A stretch of DNA of 64,000 bases from Candidatus Altimarinota bacterium (GTDB lineage Bacteria > Patescibacteriota > Gracilibacteria > CAIRYL01 > GCA-016699755). The position numbers and the translations under genes are program-made. The stretch covers positions 92,469 to 156,468 of the forward strand of contig JBGSOV010000002.1 of assembly GCA_041738935.1 (NCBI GenBank), written 5' to 3'. This document shows positions 1 through 10,794 of the stretch, piece after piece. Within the stretch, counting starts at the first letter, position 1, and every line of letters begins with the position of its first letter. Under the pieces are notes generated by a model. It did not search any database. It had not been told where the DNA came from and saw only the letters and a list, made by a program, of their open reading frames with translations.

Positions 1-1
1 T

Positions 2-199
2 CGTATGAATCTGTGGGGAGGATCATTTTTGGGACTGATTGCCTTGGTGCCGATTGTATTTACCATGTTTACGACCCTTACTTCGAGCGATTTGATTATT
101 TCTGGCTCGGGACTAATTATCGTCGTTGGTGTGGTACTCGAATTGATTCGACAAATCAATGCACAATTGATTACCCACAATTATGACAAACTCGCCTGA
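2..199 (+). CDS. secY: SecY preprotein translocase subunit, C-terminal fragment (5' end outside window)
   Basis: Reading frame is open from the window edge. The tail GSGLIIVVGVVLELIRQINAQLITHNYDKLA resembles the conserved last helix and C-terminus of SecY. adk follows, as in the spc operon. Confidence 0.8.
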   Translation, partial: RMNLWGGSFLGLIALVPIVFTMFTTLTSSDLIISGSGLIIVVGVVLELIRQINAQLITHNYDKLA

Positions 200-203
200 T
201 CAT

Positions 204-755
204 ATGCAAAAAGACATTATTCTTTTTGGTGTGCAGGGCTCGGGAAAGGGGACACAAGCCCAACGTATTGCCAAAGAATTTGGCTATCAGATTTTTGAAG
301 CTGGTGCCGAATTGCGCAAGATTCGCGAAAGCGATACTGATTTGGGCAAGCTCGTCAAAAGTATTATCGACAAAGGTGACCTTGTGCCAAATGAAATCGT
401 GATGGAAATCGTAGCAGAGTTTTTGCGCAATATTTCTGCCGATACAAAGGTGATTTTTGATGGCTTGCCACGGAGCATGCTACAAAAAGAATCGCTCGAT
501 GACTTGCTCAATGCTGCAAATCGAGACGCAGTCTGTCTTTTTTTAGAACTGCCACGTGATATCGCTATTGAGCGGATGCAAGAGCGCGGTCGTGCTGACG
601 ATACTGACGCAGTTATCAAAACTCGAATTGACAATTTTGAAGCTCAGACGATGCCGGTTATTCAAACATATGCTGACCAATCAACGCTCTTTTGTATTAA
701 TGGAAATCAGCCAATCGAAAAAGTCACCGCGGATATTTTTGCAATTCTTCGCTAA
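204..755 (+). CDS. adk: adenylate kinase (short form, no zinc lid)
   Basis: P-loop IILFGVQGSGKGTQAQ, then LVPNEIVMEIV and FDGLPRS motifs typical of Adk. ATG at 204 lies 5 nt after the secY stop. An upstream ATG at 183 is possible but gives an atypically long N-terminus. Confidence 0.9.
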   Translation: MQKDIILFGVQGSGKGTQAQRIAKEFGYQIFEAGAELRKIRESDTDLGKLVKSIIDKGDLVPNEIVMEIVAEFLRNISADTKVIFDGLPRSMLQKESLDDLLNAANRDAVCLFLELPRDIAIERMQERGRADDTDAVIKTRIDNFEAQTMPVIQTYADQSTLFCINGNQPIEKVTADIFAILR

Positions 756-781
756 GTTTTCTCAATTCTAAGCACTCCCTA

Positions 782-1369
782 TTATTCGCAGCAACAGCCA
801 GATGGTTTGTGATGTTTTGTGGTGGGTATTTTTTGACTTGGCGTGTAACAGCTTTTTTGAACGGCTGACATTTTGCCACCTGCTCCATTGATGGTGGCAA
901 GTTTTTCTTGCAATGTCGTATCACAATCAAAAACCACAGTCCGCTTGCGCACATCAATAATGCGTTCAAACGAGAAGATGCGTCTCGAAATGGGCACAAA
1001 TAAAAACTTTTGTGTGACAGTAAGTGCGCTCATAATTTTGAGATCTGGTACAAACTGAATATCGGAAATCATACCCAAGGAATCGCCTTTTGCAGTTTTG
1101 GCAGCAAATTCCAACCAATTCTCTCCTTGTCGTGGTGATGATTCATCAGAATAAGTTTCTGTTTTGGTATCTTGAAAAAAAATATGTTCACCAGCAAAAA
1201 ACTTCCGTGTATGAGTTTGCACACCAGCAAACTTACCGGTTTCGGTAAAAAACAGCACGGCGCTGATGGTACCGATTTCTTGGTTATTATAAAGAAGCGG
1301 TTTTCCCAGAAGAGATTGTACGCTGATGCCCATTGCCCACAGTATGCATATTCTCACTTTATCTTGCAA
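782..1369 (-). CDS. hypothetical protein (195 aa, C-terminal CCC)
   Basis: Only long ORF in this interval. No motif recognised. It interrupts the usual secY-adk-map-infA order. Confidence 0.45.
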   Translation of the reverse strand: MQDKVRICILWAMGISVQSLLGKPLLYNNQEIGTISAVLFFTETGKFAGVQTHTRKFFAGEHIFFQDTKTETYSDESSPRQGENWLEFAAKTAKGDSLGMISDIQFVPDLKIMSALTVTQKFLFVPISRRIFSFERIIDVRKRTVVFDCDTTLQEKLATINGAGGKMSAVQKSCYTPSQKIPTTKHHKPSGCCCE

Positions 1370-1464
1370 TTTTTTTGCAACTAATGAAAAATAGGGAGGC
1401 TCAAAAGTTGTTTGCTTACCTTTTTAAAAGCGAGCTTCAGTACCAGAGAGCAATTACATGACGT

Positions 1465-1540
1465 CGGGGCATAGCTCAGTTGGTAGAGTGCGCGGTTTGG
1501 GACCGTGAGGTCGCAGGTTCGAGCCCTGCTGCCCCGACCA
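1465..1540 (+). tRNA. tRNA-Pro (anticodon TGG), CCA encoded
   Basis: Acceptor CGGGGCA/TGCCCCG, D arm GCTC..GAGT, anticodon stem CGCGG/CCGTG with loop TTTGGGA, T arm GCAGG TTCGAGC CCTGC, discriminator A plus CCA. Confidence 0.9.
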
Positions 1541-1753
1541 CTCTTTGTTTCAGAAGCACGCGTGTCGTATCTCTCCTCTCTAATATCCTTGCATGATTTT
1601 CGCTTGTTCTTTTTGCTGACACTTCTGCATGTAGCTGATTACTGTTTGTTTTCAATAATGGTGAAAAGTACCGAGTTTTTTCTGAGCAATCCTTTCCAGA
1701 TTTGCTATTCACTTTCCAAAACGTCAAAATCTAATCGATTTTTTAATATTCAA

Positions 1754-4411
1754 ATGTCACGATTTCTCCCTCTTGGTGTCTTTGTCGGGTTTCTTTTGCT
1801 CTTGCCGCTGCAAACTTTTGCTCAGCAACCAGTTGTTTTTAGCGATATCGCCGGCACAAATGCTCGCACGGCAGTCGAGTTTTTGCACGACAAAAAGATT
1901 GTCGAAGGTTTTGCTGATGGTTCGTTCCTTCCTGATAAGTCCATTACACGTGCCGAATTTCTCAAGATCGTGCTCAAGTCCAAGTCCGACATTGCTGCCG
2001 ATTGTGATGCAAAGAAGACATTTACCGATGTTACGGGCGAAGATTGGTTTTTTCCATTTGTGTGTGCCGCTGTAAACAGTGATATTATTCAAGGATACGC
2101 TGATGATACTTTTCGTCCGCATGACAATATCAATTTTCGCGATGCAGCCAAAATTGTCGCCAAGGTAAACGAATTGGTAATCACTGACAAAAATACTGCT
2201 GATTGGTCGGCTCCATTTACTGATGCGATTAAACGTGAGCGCGTTTTACCTGGTTCTATCAGTGATTCTGCTGCACTTCTTACCCGTGGCGAAATGGCGC
2301 AAATGGTTTGGGGAATTAGCACTGGTAACGAAGTAACCAACGATTCTCTGGGCGAATTGCCGCGCATCGCTAGTTGCGACGAGTTGGGGGCACAATTACA
2401 CAAATTTGAGCAGCGCAATGCGAATGGCGGGCGTCCAGCTTTTGGCAGAGCAGGCGAAATGATTGTTGATGACATGGCAATGGACAGAGCAGAGACAGAA
2501 ATCTTGCCGACCTTGAGTGCAGAAAGCGATAAGGCCGCTGATGATTTTTCAGGTACAAATGTGCAAGAAGAAGGTGTCGATGAAGCGGATATCGTCAAAA
2601 ATGACGGTTCGCATATTTTTCTCGTCAAAAATAATACGCTCCGAATTATTCGCGCCTATCCTGCCGATCAACTGAGACAAGAAGCGATAATTACTTTGAG
2701 TGACAGCCAGATTACTCCGCAAGAATTATTCTTGGACAACAACACATTGACTGTTATTGGATCACACCAGCAAGCCTGGGAAAATCCGGGCAAACCAGTG
2801 CCGATGATGGAGGATTTTGCGCCAAGCGACCGCATGATTATGCCGCCGTACTGGTCACAACCGCAGCAAACAACGGTGATTGTCTATGATATTACTGACC
2901 GAGCGAATCCAAAAAAGCTGCGTTCGGTCACCATCGATGGCAGCTATCTGTCTGCGCGTCGGATTGATGAGACGGTTTTTGTTGCAACTTCGCGTTATAA
3001 TCAAATCTACGGACTTCCGCAGCCTTTTGACCCCGAGCCATTTTTGCCAATGATGGAAGACAGCGCATTTGTTGACATGCCCACAAAAATTGGCTGTGCA
3101 GATTTTCGTTATGTTCCTAATTTTTCTAGCAATTCGACACTCATTGTAACTGGCATCCCAACGAACAATCTTGGCAAACAAGCCTTTCGCGAAGTCGTGC
3201 TTGGCGCAGGTGAAAGCGTCTATGCGTCTCTCAAAAACATGTTTGTGACGCATACGACGTGGGGAGAAAATTTTCTCGATAATGGCACTGATTCTGGCTG
3301 GTTTAACGAAGAACAAACCGAAGTCTATCGTTTTGCACTTGCTCCTGATTCCGTCACATTTACCGGCAAAACCGAAGCCCGCGGACGCGTCCTCAATCAA
3401 TTTGCTATGAGCGAATTTGACGTCTATTTTCGTATTGCCACGCAAGCCGGTGATGCGTGGGGAAATAACCTTTCTGAAACGCTCGTAACGATTTTTGACA
3501 AAGACCTCAAACAAACCGGCGTTATCGACAAAATTGCTCCGGGTGAGAATATCAAGTCAGCGCGTTTTATCGGCAATCGCGCGTTTTTGGTGACTTTCAA
3601 AACCGTTGATCCGCTCTTTGTTATCGACCTTTCTCCTACGAATCCAACTATTCTTGGCAAACTCAAAATCCCTGGTTGGTCGGATTATTTGCATCCATGG
3701 GACGAAAATCACCTGATCGGCTTTGGCAAAGAAGTTGACGAATCAATCGATGCCGACAAAGTCCATTCTGATTCTGCCGTCTATTACACCGCAGTTTTGG
3801 GCATGAAAATCGCAATCTTTGATATTTCGGACGTGGCAAATCCTAAAGAAATTCACAAACAAATTATTGGCAATCGCGGCACAACGAGCGAAGTTCTCAC
3901 AAATCACAAAGCGCTTTTGGTTGATACAGAAAAAGGAATTATTGGTTTTCCAATCACTATCACCGAAAACAAGAATGGCAAAGTCGGCTCTGATGCCGAT
4001 ATTCAAACGACTTTTGCTGGTGCGCAAGTGTATGACGTCAGCCTTGCCGATGGGTTTTCGCTTCGCGGTGAAGTAAGCCATTACGAAGATGATGGCATCT
4101 ATCAAAAATCCGGTGAATATTTCTATGGAGATCCCGACCTCAATATTCAGCGGATTATTTATATCGGCGAAAACTTCTATTCGATTTCACCAAACATCAT
4201 CAAGGCGCTCAATTGGCAAAATCTGGGCGTGCTCAAGACGCTTATGCTCGATAAACGTACCTGCGAACAAATCGGTACAGAAAACGAATGCAGCTCGCGC
4301 AGTGATTGCACGGCAGTGTTTCAAACATTTGAAGAATGTCGGCGTAACTTTGGTGAAGAGGTTGTCTGCGAAGGCGAACCACAATTCGCTCGCTGCGAAG
4401 CGGCAAAATAA
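1754..4411 (+). CDS. secreted SLH-domain protein with C-terminal beta-propeller (Beta_propel-like) domain and Cys-rich tail
   Basis: Signal peptide MSRFLPLGVFVGFLLLLPLQTFA. SLH-like repeats (FSDIAG..AVEFLHDKKIVEGFADGSFLPDKSITRAEFLKIV; FTDV..WFFPFVCAAVNSDIIQGYADDTFRP). GTNVQEEGVDEADIVKNDGSHIF and IKSARFIGNRAFLVTFKTVDPLFVIDLSPTNPTILGKLKIPGWSDYLHPW resemble the secreted beta-propeller family. ATG 1754 was chosen because the upstream in-frame stretch overlaps the tRNA. Confidence 0.7.
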   Translation: MSRFLPLGVFVGFLLLLPLQTFAQQPVVFSDIAGTNARTAVEFLHDKKIVEGFADGSFLPDKSITRAEFLKIVLKSKSDIAADCDAKKTFTDVTGEDWFFPFVCAAVNSDIIQGYADDTFRPHDNINFRDAAKIVAKVNELVITDKNTADWSAPFTDAIKRERVLPGSISDSAALLTRGEMAQMVWGISTGNEVTNDSLGELPRIASCDELGAQLHKFEQRNANGGRPAFGRAGEMIVDDMAMDRAETEILPTLSAESDKAADDFSGTNVQEEGVDEADIVKNDGSHIFLVKNNTLRIIRAYPADQLRQEAIITLSDSQITPQELFLDNNTLTVIGSHQQAWENPGKPVPMMEDFAPSDRMIMPPYWSQPQQTTVIVYDITDRANPKKLRSVTIDGSYLSARRIDETVFVATSRYNQIYGLPQPFDPEPFLPMMEDSAFVDMPTKIGCADFRYVPNFSSNSTLIVTGIPTNNLGKQAFREVVLGAGESVYASLKNMFVTHTTWGENFLDNGTDSGWFNEEQTEVYRFALAPDSVTFTGKTEARGRVLNQFAMSEFDVYFRIATQAGDAWGNNLSETLVTIFDKDLKQTGVIDKIAPGENIKSARFIGNRAFLVTFKTVDPLFVIDLSPTNPTILGKLKIPGWSDYLHPWDENHLIGFGKEVDESIDADKVHSDSAVYYTAVLGMKIAIFDISDVANPKEIHKQIIGNRGTTSEVLTNHKALLVDTEKGIIGFPITITENKNGKVGSDADIQTTFAGAQVYDVSLADGFSLRGEVSHYEDDGIYQKSGEYFYGDPDLNIQRIIYIGENFYSISPNIIKALNWQNLGVLKTLMLDKRTCEQIGTENECSSRSDCTAVFQTFEECRRNFGEEVVCEGEPQFARCEAAK

Positions 4412-4442
4412 TCATCGGTTAGCTTTTTACTTCCGATTATTA

Positions 4443-4475
4443 ATACAGCGGCTCAGTTGAGCCGCTGTATCTTTG
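4443..4475 (+). terminator. intrinsic terminator hairpin after the SLH/propeller gene
   Basis: Perfect 12-bp stem ATACAGCGGCTC / GAGCCGCTGTAT with loop AGTT, followed by CTTTG. The T-tract is weak. Confidence 0.6.
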
Positions 4476-4527
4476 CAAATAACGATTCAAAATTTGTTTG
4501 GCAAGATTTATTCCGCTAGACTTCCTC

Positions 4528-5472
4528 ATGCTTTTTCAATTTCGCTTGGATATTATTGCTGCGCTGCCACAAGGATACACATGGGCGTTCTTTATTATTG
4601 CGCTCCTTTCGAGTCTCGGATATGCAATCCAAGGAACCTTACTCGCACAATATGCGCGATTGTTTGATCCATTTTTGGTGACTTCGTGCCGTAATCTTGC
4701 TTTTATTTTTACGCTGTCACCACTCTTGCTCCTTGCGCCACCCGGAAGCTTACAATCTCTTGCTCCACATTTTCCTTTGCTGCTCCTTGCTGCTTTTTTT
4801 GGTGCTTTGGGTGTCACCTTTATTTATGCATCCCAACGAGCTTTTCCTGTTGGCGTGGTATCGGGATTTCAGCAAATGCTACAAGTGTGGATGTTGATTT
4901 TTGGCTATCTGTTTTTACAAGAACGGATTGGAATATTGCCGGCAGTGGCGATATCGATTATCATGGGCGGAGTATTATTTTTGGCACTTCAAAAATCGTC
5001 ATTACCCCATTTGAATCAAGTAAAACCCTTTCATCTTTTTCTTGTTTTCCTTTTTCCATTGTTGCAGGCACTTGGATTTTTTCTCATTGCCATTATCGGT
5101 CGTGAAACAAATCTGCTTGCTGCCGGATATGCGTGGGAGTTTTTGATTGGAGTTTTTGCTTTTGCAATTTTCTTAATTCGTAAGTTTTTGAACAAATCTC
5201 CAATCCTAAGCCCCAAGCAAAAATTTCGCATAAAAGATGCATTCTGGATTGCTGTCATCGGAACAGGTACTCTGTTTGGTACTGGTGGTACGATGATTCT
5301 CTATGGACTTGCTTCTCCGGGTGTTTCGCAAACAGTAATTAGTGCTCTTCAAATTGTCATTATTTGTCTTCTTGCTATCTGGCTTTATGGCGAATATCTC
5401 AAGAAGAAGCAGTGGCTCGCAATGACCGTAATTGTTATTGGACTTATTCTGCTCAAGCTTGCGACTGGTTGA
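4528..5472 (+). CDS. DMT/EamA-like 10-TM permease (paralog A)
   Basis: Hydrophobic throughout with about 10 predicted helices. Clear paralog of 28014..28940 (LPQGYTW, FDPxLVTSCRNL, SQRxFPVGxVSGFQQM, NLLAAGYAWE conserved). Start is uncertain: ATG 4528, or TTG 4546 by analogy with the paralog N-terminus. Confidence 0.65.
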   Translation: MLFQFRLDIIAALPQGYTWAFFIIALLSSLGYAIQGTLLAQYARLFDPFLVTSCRNLAFIFTLSPLLLLAPPGSLQSLAPHFPLLLLAAFFGALGVTFIYASQRAFPVGVVSGFQQMLQVWMLIFGYLFLQERIGILPAVAISIIMGGVLFLALQKSSLPHLNQVKPFHLFLVFLFPLLQALGFFLIAIIGRETNLLAAGYAWEFLIGVFAFAIFLIRKFLNKSPILSPKQKFRIKDAFWIAVIGTGTLFGTGGTMILYGLASPGVSQTVISALQIVIICLLAIWLYGEYLKKKQWLAMTVIVIGLILLKLATG

Positions 5473-5524
5473 CTAATTTTTCCTACCGAACAAGCAAGAA
5501 GTTTTTATAGAGATTATAAAAAAT

Positions 5525-8218
5525 CTATACTTCTTGCTGCCCGTGACATTTCTTAAACTTTTTTCCGCTGCCGCAAGGACACGGATCATTACGTCCGACA
5601 AGCGGTGTGTCACTGCTTTTTGGCGCACCGCCATCTGCCCGAATACGCTGTGTCACCGTAGCGGTTGGCGTTTGTGCAGAAGTCCCCGTAGAAGCAAAAC
5701 TTGCAGATTCGCGATGCGGACCGGCACGCTCGACGGTGTCGCGTGCGCTGAGCGCTTCGGCGATTTGCGCAGCGTTGGTCATGATATTTTGAGGTCTTTG
5801 TGCAGGCATTTCGTCGCCAAATTTGAGTTCGATATTCATCTGCAACAATGTGCGAATAACCGTGCTCTCGATGTTGCTAAGAAGAGATCTAAATTTTTCA
5901 AAACCGAGCGATTGATATTCGTGGAGAGGGTTTTTTTGCGCATAACCAGCAAGCGAAACCTGCTCGCGCAGATGCGTCATTTCGTCAATATGCTCCATCC
6001 AAAACTGATCGATGGTGCGCAAGGTAACGACCCGCTCGGCTTGGCGAAAGTATTTGGGATCGGGCAAGGATTGCTCTTTTTCGTGGAAAACTTTCTGCAA
6101 AAATTCTTGCGCACGCGCGACAATCGCAGTATCGGTCTCGAGTGTTTCAAATTCTTTAATCGTTGGCGCGTCTGTTTTGTGAATTGCACTTATACCTGCT
6201 TCAAAAGCCTCCAAATCGTATTGATGCGGCTCACGTCCACGAATATGCAAGAGCGCAAGCGTTTGCACTTCGTTTTCGAGCCACTTAACAATTTCGTCAT
6301 GAATATCGGCTTGATCCAAAATCTTGCGGCGGCGGCGATAGATAATTTCGCGCTGCTTGTTCATCACGTCGTCGTATTGCACCACATGTTTACGGACATC
6401 AAAGTGATGCCCTTCCACCTTCTTTTGCGCGGATTCGATCGAATTGCTGATAAGTTTGTTTTCAATCGGCATATCATCCGGAATGCGCAGAGTGTCCATC
6501 ATCCGTTGCAAACGATCCGAGCCAAAAAGGCGCATGAGCGAATCTTCGAGTGAAATAAAAAACTGTGTTTCGCCGGCGTCACCTTGGCGTCCGGCGCGTC
6601 CCCGCAGCTGATTGTCGATACGGCGCGATTCGTGCCGCTCGGAACCGAGAATACAAAGTCCGCCCAAATCTGCCACACCTTCACCGAGTTTGATGTCGGT
6701 TCCGCGTCCTGCCATATTGGTCGCAATCGTCACAGCACCCATTTGTCCAGCTTGCGCTACAATTTCGGCTTCACGAGCATGATTTTTGGCATTCAAAATC
6801 TCATGACGGACACCTTCGCGTTTCAGGAGCTCCGACAATAATTCTGACCGTTCAATCGAAATCGTGCCAATAAGCACTGGTTGTCCAGTCGCATGTTTTT
6901 CTTTGACCTTTTGCGCAATCGCCATAAATTTGCCCCGCTCATTTTTGTACACTTGATCGTTGAGGTCTTTTCGCGTGACTTCGCGATTGGTCGGAATCAC
7001 CGCGACTTCGAGCCCATAAATACGCAAAAATTCCTCCTCCTCCGTTTTGGCAGTACCAGTCATGCCAGCAAGCCGTTTGTACATACGAAAGTAATTTTGA
7101 AAAGTAATCGTGGCGAGTGTGCGACTTTCACGTTTGATCTCCACTCCTTCTTTCGCTTCGAGCGCTTGATGGAGTCCATCCGAATAGCGGCGTCCGGGCA
7201 TCAGGCGTCCGGTAAATTCATCCACAATAATCACTTCGTCATCTTTGACCACATAATCGACATCTTTCTGAAACACCGCTTGTGCTTTGAGCGCGGACTC
7301 GATGTGGTGAACTTCGGCAAAACCGGCATCGGTATAAATATTCTCGACACCCATGAGTTTTTCCATATGCTTGATTCCATCCTCGGTCAAAACCGCAGTT
7401 TTGCGCTTTTCATCAATCACAAAATCGTGGTCTTTGGTGAGCTGCTTCACGAGTAGGGCATATTTGCTGTATTTGGAGGTCGATTCTTCTGCTGGTGATG
7501 AAATAATCAGCGGCGTTCGGGCTTCGTCAATCAAAATCGAGTCGACTTCGTCTACGATAGCGAAATGCAAATCACGCTGTACGATATCGCGAGGAGCTGT
7601 CGCCATATTGTCGCGCAAATAATCAAAGCCATATTCGTTATTCGTGCCATAGGTAATATCGGCAGCGTAGGCATCGCGTCGCTCGCTCGGACTGACACCA
7701 TGGATTACGATTCCGACACTCATTCCCAAAAATTCGTAAAGCGCACGCATCCATTCGGCATCGCGTTTGGCGAGATAATCATTGACGGTTACAACATGCA
7801 CGCCTTTGCCAGCGAGCGCTTCGAGATAGGTCGGCAACGAGGCGACGAGAGTTTTTCCTTCACCGGTTTTCATCTCCGAAATGCGTCCACTGTGGAGCAT
7901 AATTCCGCCCAAAAGCTGAACATCAAACGGTACCATCACCCATTTTTCTTCTTTGTTCGCGACCATAAAAGTTTTTCCGACAAGTCGACGACAGGCGTTT
8001 TTTACGACGGCAAACGCTTCGGGCAAGAGTGCGTCCGTGGTTTCGCCATTTGCAATACGATCTCTAAATTCTTGCGTTTTTGCCTTCAATTCTTCATCAC
8101 TCAATTGTTGTAATTTTTCTTCGAGTACGTTGATTTCGCTAATTGTTTTCCATTTGCTTTGGACAATTTTGCTCGTGGGATCGCCCATTATTTTTTGCAG
8201 GTAGGTGGTAAAGCTCAT
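5525..8218 (-). CDS. secA: preprotein translocase ATPase SecA
   Basis: 897 aa. Contains [11 protein letters not shown] (Walker A), [31 protein letters not shown] and the C-terminal zinc motif [14 protein letters not shown]. Confidence 0.97.
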   Translation of the reverse strand: MSFTTYLQKIMGDPTSKIVQSKWKTISEINVLEEKLQQLSDEELKAKTQEFRDRIANGETTDALLPEAFAVVKNACRRLVGKTFMVANKEEKWVMVPFDVQLLGGIMLHSGRISEMKTGEGKTLVASLPTYLEALAGKGVHVVTVNDYLAKRDAEWMRALYEFLGMSVGIVIHGVSPSERRDAYAADITYGTNNEYGFDYLRDNMATAPRDIVQRDLHFAIVDEVDSILIDEARTPLIISSPAEESTSKYSKYALLVKQLTKDHDFVIDEKRKTAVLTEDGIKHMEKLMGVENIYTDAGFAEVHHIESALKAQAVFQKDVDYVVKDDEVIIVDEFTGRLMPGRRYSDGLHQALEAKEGVEIKRESRTLATITFQNYFRMYKRLAGMTGTAKTEEEEFLRIYGLEVAVIPTNREVTRKDLNDQVYKNERGKFMAIAQKVKEKHATGQPVLIGTISIERSELLSELLKREGVRHEILNAKNHAREAEIVAQAGQMGAVTIATNMAGRGTDIKLGEGVADLGGLCILGSERHESRRIDNQLRGRAGRQGDAGETQFFISLEDSLMRLFGSDRLQRMMDTLRIPDDMPIENKLISNSIESAQKKVEGHHFDVRKHVVQYDDVMNKQREIIYRRRRKILDQADIHDEIVKWLENEVQTLALLHIRGREPHQYDLEAFEAGISAIHKTDAPTIKEFETLETDTAIVARAQEFLQKVFHEKEQSLPDPKYFRQAERVVTLRTIDQFWMEHIDEMTHLREQVSLAGYAQKNPLHEYQSLGFEKFRSLLSNIESTVIRTLLQMNIELKFGDEMPAQRPQNIMTNAAQIAEALSARDTVERAGPHRESASFASTGTSAQTPTATVTQRIRADGGAPKSSDTPLVGRNDPCPCGSGKKFKKCHGQQEV

Positions 8219-8638
8219 TTTTGTTCAAATTTATTCCGCGCAATACTATCAGTTTTGTGAGAAAAAAGCGAATTCGGTTTCGCTGTAAAATCCAGTCCGA
8301 TATCTTCTTTTTAGTATGGTGCCTCTTTGTGCTTGGAGCACGGTAGTGCATCTCCTTGCTTCTCAATCCGCTTTGTATGTAGTTGTTTGATTTTTTGAAA
8401 ATATCTTTTAATAAAATATTAACCCTGTTTTATCTGACTAATTCGGCGTTTACTCTTCCGCCATTTTGTGGCAGACTCATTTCCGAGCACTTTTCCATGC
8501 AAATAAGGAACCAAGGAAAGCAAGATGCTTGAGCGCTTATTGTCATCAAATTCTGCACTGAGTGTTCGATTGTCTCGCTTTCTCCAAGGAATCCGTTTGA
8601 AAAGAAATGTGTCTCGCACATTTCTTTCTTTTATCTTT

Positions 8639-10741
8639 ATGAATACCGAACAGGTTTTCACCTTTGACCTTCATGGCAAAGAGCTCACGATTCGTACGGG
8701 CAAACTCGCGCAAATGGCGAATGGCTCGGTTGTCGCGCAAATGGGCGGCACATATGTTTTGGCAACCGCTGTTATGAGCGGCAAGGCGCGCGATGGCATC
8801 GATTTTTTACCACTCATGGTAAATTATCAAGAAAAATATTATGCCGCTGGTATGATTAAAAGCAGTCGCTTTCAGAAGCGCGAAACTCGTCCTGCTGATG
8901 ACAAAATCCTCATGGGACGCGTGATTGATCGCCAGATTCGTCCGCTTTTTCCGAAACATATTCGTCACGATATTCAAGTCATGGCGACGACACTTTCGTA
9001 CGATCGCGAAAACGAGCACGACATGCTCGCTGGTATTGGTGCGAGCGCGGCACTCGCGATTTCGGATATTCCGTGGAACGGTCCAACCGCCAATGTGCGT
9101 GTGGGACTGATTGACGGGCAACTTGTCCTTAATCCGACTCCGCAAGAGCGCGAAGTTTCAACACTCAACCTCGTTGTTGCCGCCGATGCCAACGAAGTGA
9201 TTATGATCGAAGCTGGCGCTCTAGAGGTCAGCGAAGCGGAGATGATGCGCGCCATCGAATTTGGTCGTGAGTGGTCGGGTAAGATTTCACTCTTTATCAA
9301 GTCGATTGCCGACAAAATCGGCAAACCCAAAATCGTCGTACCAGCACCCGAAAAAGACACCGAACTCGAACAATTTGTCGCCGATAACTTTACTCAAGAG
9401 ATGCAAGACTGCATTTACAACATGCCTGGCAAGTTAGCGCGGTTCGCTCGTAAAGCCGCAATTGCTGAAGGAGCGAAAAAAGTTGTTCTCGAAAAATTTG
9501 GTGAAGATCGCGACATGTCTCAATTTGGTGAAGCATTTAATACTTTATTCTCAAACATTATCCGCAAATCAATCCTCGAAAAAGAAGAACGCATCGCTGG
9601 TCGAAAACTGACCGAAATCCGTCCACTCAATTGCGAAGTTTCACTCTTCCCACGCGTGCATGGCTCTGGTCTTTTTCAGCGCGGCGAAACGCAAGGACTT
9701 TCGATCGCAACACTCGCCTCACCTGGGAACGAACTGATTCAAGATGGTATCGAAGGCGAAGCCAAAAAACACTATATGCACCATTACAATTTCCCACCGT
9801 TTTCTGTCGGCGAAGCGAGTAATCGCCTCTTTACAGGCAATCGCGAAATTGGTCACGGTGCGCTTGCCGAAAAAGCGTTGGAGCCGGTTTTGCCAGAGCG
9901 CAAAGACTTTCCGTATGTTATTCGTGTCGTGAGCGAGATTTTGCAATCCAATGGCAGTAGCTCGATGGCAGCAACTTGCGGCAGCACACTCGCGCTCATG
10001 GACGCTGGCGTGCCAATCAAATCGCCAGTCGCAGGAATCGCTATGGGACTGATGACCGACAAAGCTACAGGCAACTTCAAAGTCCTCAGCGATATTCAAG
10101 ACGAAGAAGACTCGGGCGGAGATATGGACTTCAAGGTCGCTGGTACTGCCAAAGGAATCACTGCGATTCAGATGGATATCAAAATCACCGGTATCTCACT
10201 CGAAATCTTCCGCACCGCCCTCGAACAAGCGCGCACTGGACGACTCGAAATCTTGGAGGCGATGCTGAAGGCGATTGCTGCTCCACGCGCCAATACTTCT
10301 GAATATGCTCCACGCCTGATTGTCATGAACATTAAGCCCGAAAAGATTCGCGAAGTTATCGGCAAAGGCGGCGAAGTTATCAACAAGATTATTGCCGAGA
10401 CTGGCGCCGAAATTAATATCGAAGACGATGGCACAATTTATGTTTCTTCCGTCGACGAAGAGTCCGCAATGCGCGCAAAAGCTTGGATCGAATCAATTGT
10501 CGCAGAGCCAGAAATTGGCAAAATCTACGACGCTAAAGTTGTTCGTATCGAAGAATACGGCGCTTTTGTCGAAATCATGCCGGGCACGCAAGGACTGGTG
10601 CATGTTTCGCAGATTTCTAACGAGCGTGTCGAAAATGTAAGCGATTATCTCAAAGTCGGACAAGCGATTCGTGTAAAACTGAGCGAAGTTGACAATCAAA
10701 ATCGTCTCAAGCTTGTGATGAAGGGCGTTCCACAAGAATAA
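8639..10741 (+). CDS. pnp: polyribonucleotide nucleotidyltransferase (PNPase)
   Basis: Two RNase PH-like domains (GSVVAQMGGT, REIGHGALAEKAL, SNGSSSMAATCGSTLALMDAGVP), a KH domain (IGKGGEVINKI) and an S1 domain (YGAFVEIMPGTQGLVHVSQI). ATG 8639 gives the usual N-terminus; the upstream in-frame extension has no homology. Confidence 0.95.
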   Translation: MNTEQVFTFDLHGKELTIRTGKLAQMANGSVVAQMGGTYVLATAVMSGKARDGIDFLPLMVNYQEKYYAAGMIKSSRFQKRETRPADDKILMGRVIDRQIRPLFPKHIRHDIQVMATTLSYDRENEHDMLAGIGASAALAISDIPWNGPTANVRVGLIDGQLVLNPTPQEREVSTLNLVVAADANEVIMIEAGALEVSEAEMMRAIEFGREWSGKISLFIKSIADKIGKPKIVVPAPEKDTELEQFVADNFTQEMQDCIYNMPGKLARFARKAAIAEGAKKVVLEKFGEDRDMSQFGEAFNTLFSNIIRKSILEKEERIAGRKLTEIRPLNCEVSLFPRVHGSGLFQRGETQGLSIATLASPGNELIQDGIEGEAKKHYMHHYNFPPFSVGEASNRLFTGNREIGHGALAEKALEPVLPERKDFPYVIRVVSEILQSNGSSSMAATCGSTLALMDAGVPIKSPVAGIAMGLMTDKATGNFKVLSDIQDEEDSGGDMDFKVAGTAKGITAIQMDIKITGISLEIFRTALEQARTGRLEILEAMLKAIAAPRANTSEYAPRLIVMNIKPEKIREVIGKGGEVINKIIAETGAEINIEDDGTIYVSSVDEESAMRAKAWIESIVAEPEIGKIYDAKVVRIEEYGAFVEIMPGTQGLVHVSQISNERVENVSDYLKVGQAIRVKLSEVDNQNRLKLVMKGVPQE

Positions 10742-10760
10742 ATTCCCACATCAAAAAACG

Positions 10761-10792
10761 AAAGAGCGTTTACGAAGGTGGACGCTCTTTTT
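10761..10792. terminator. bidirectional terminator between pnp and the convergent DUF389 gene
   Basis: AAAGAGCGT / ACGCTCTTT stem with a 12-nt loop. An A-run lies upstream and TTTTTATTT downstream. Confidence 0.6.
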
Positions 10793-10794
10793 AT

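Noticed and set aside
1505-1753. N-terminal 83 codons of the 968-aa ORF-track entry
   Set aside because: This part overlaps the 3' half of tRNA-Pro and has no signal peptide. The ATG at 1754 is followed by a textbook signal peptide.
5534-6553. 339-aa plus-strand ORF
   Set aside because: It lies entirely antisense to secA, whose homology is unambiguous. This is a shadow ORF.
8419-8661. 80-aa minus-strand ORF in the secA/pnp intergenic region
   Set aside because: It has no homology (not S15) and overlaps the pnp start. It is K/R-rich in a way typical of random AT-rich ORFs.
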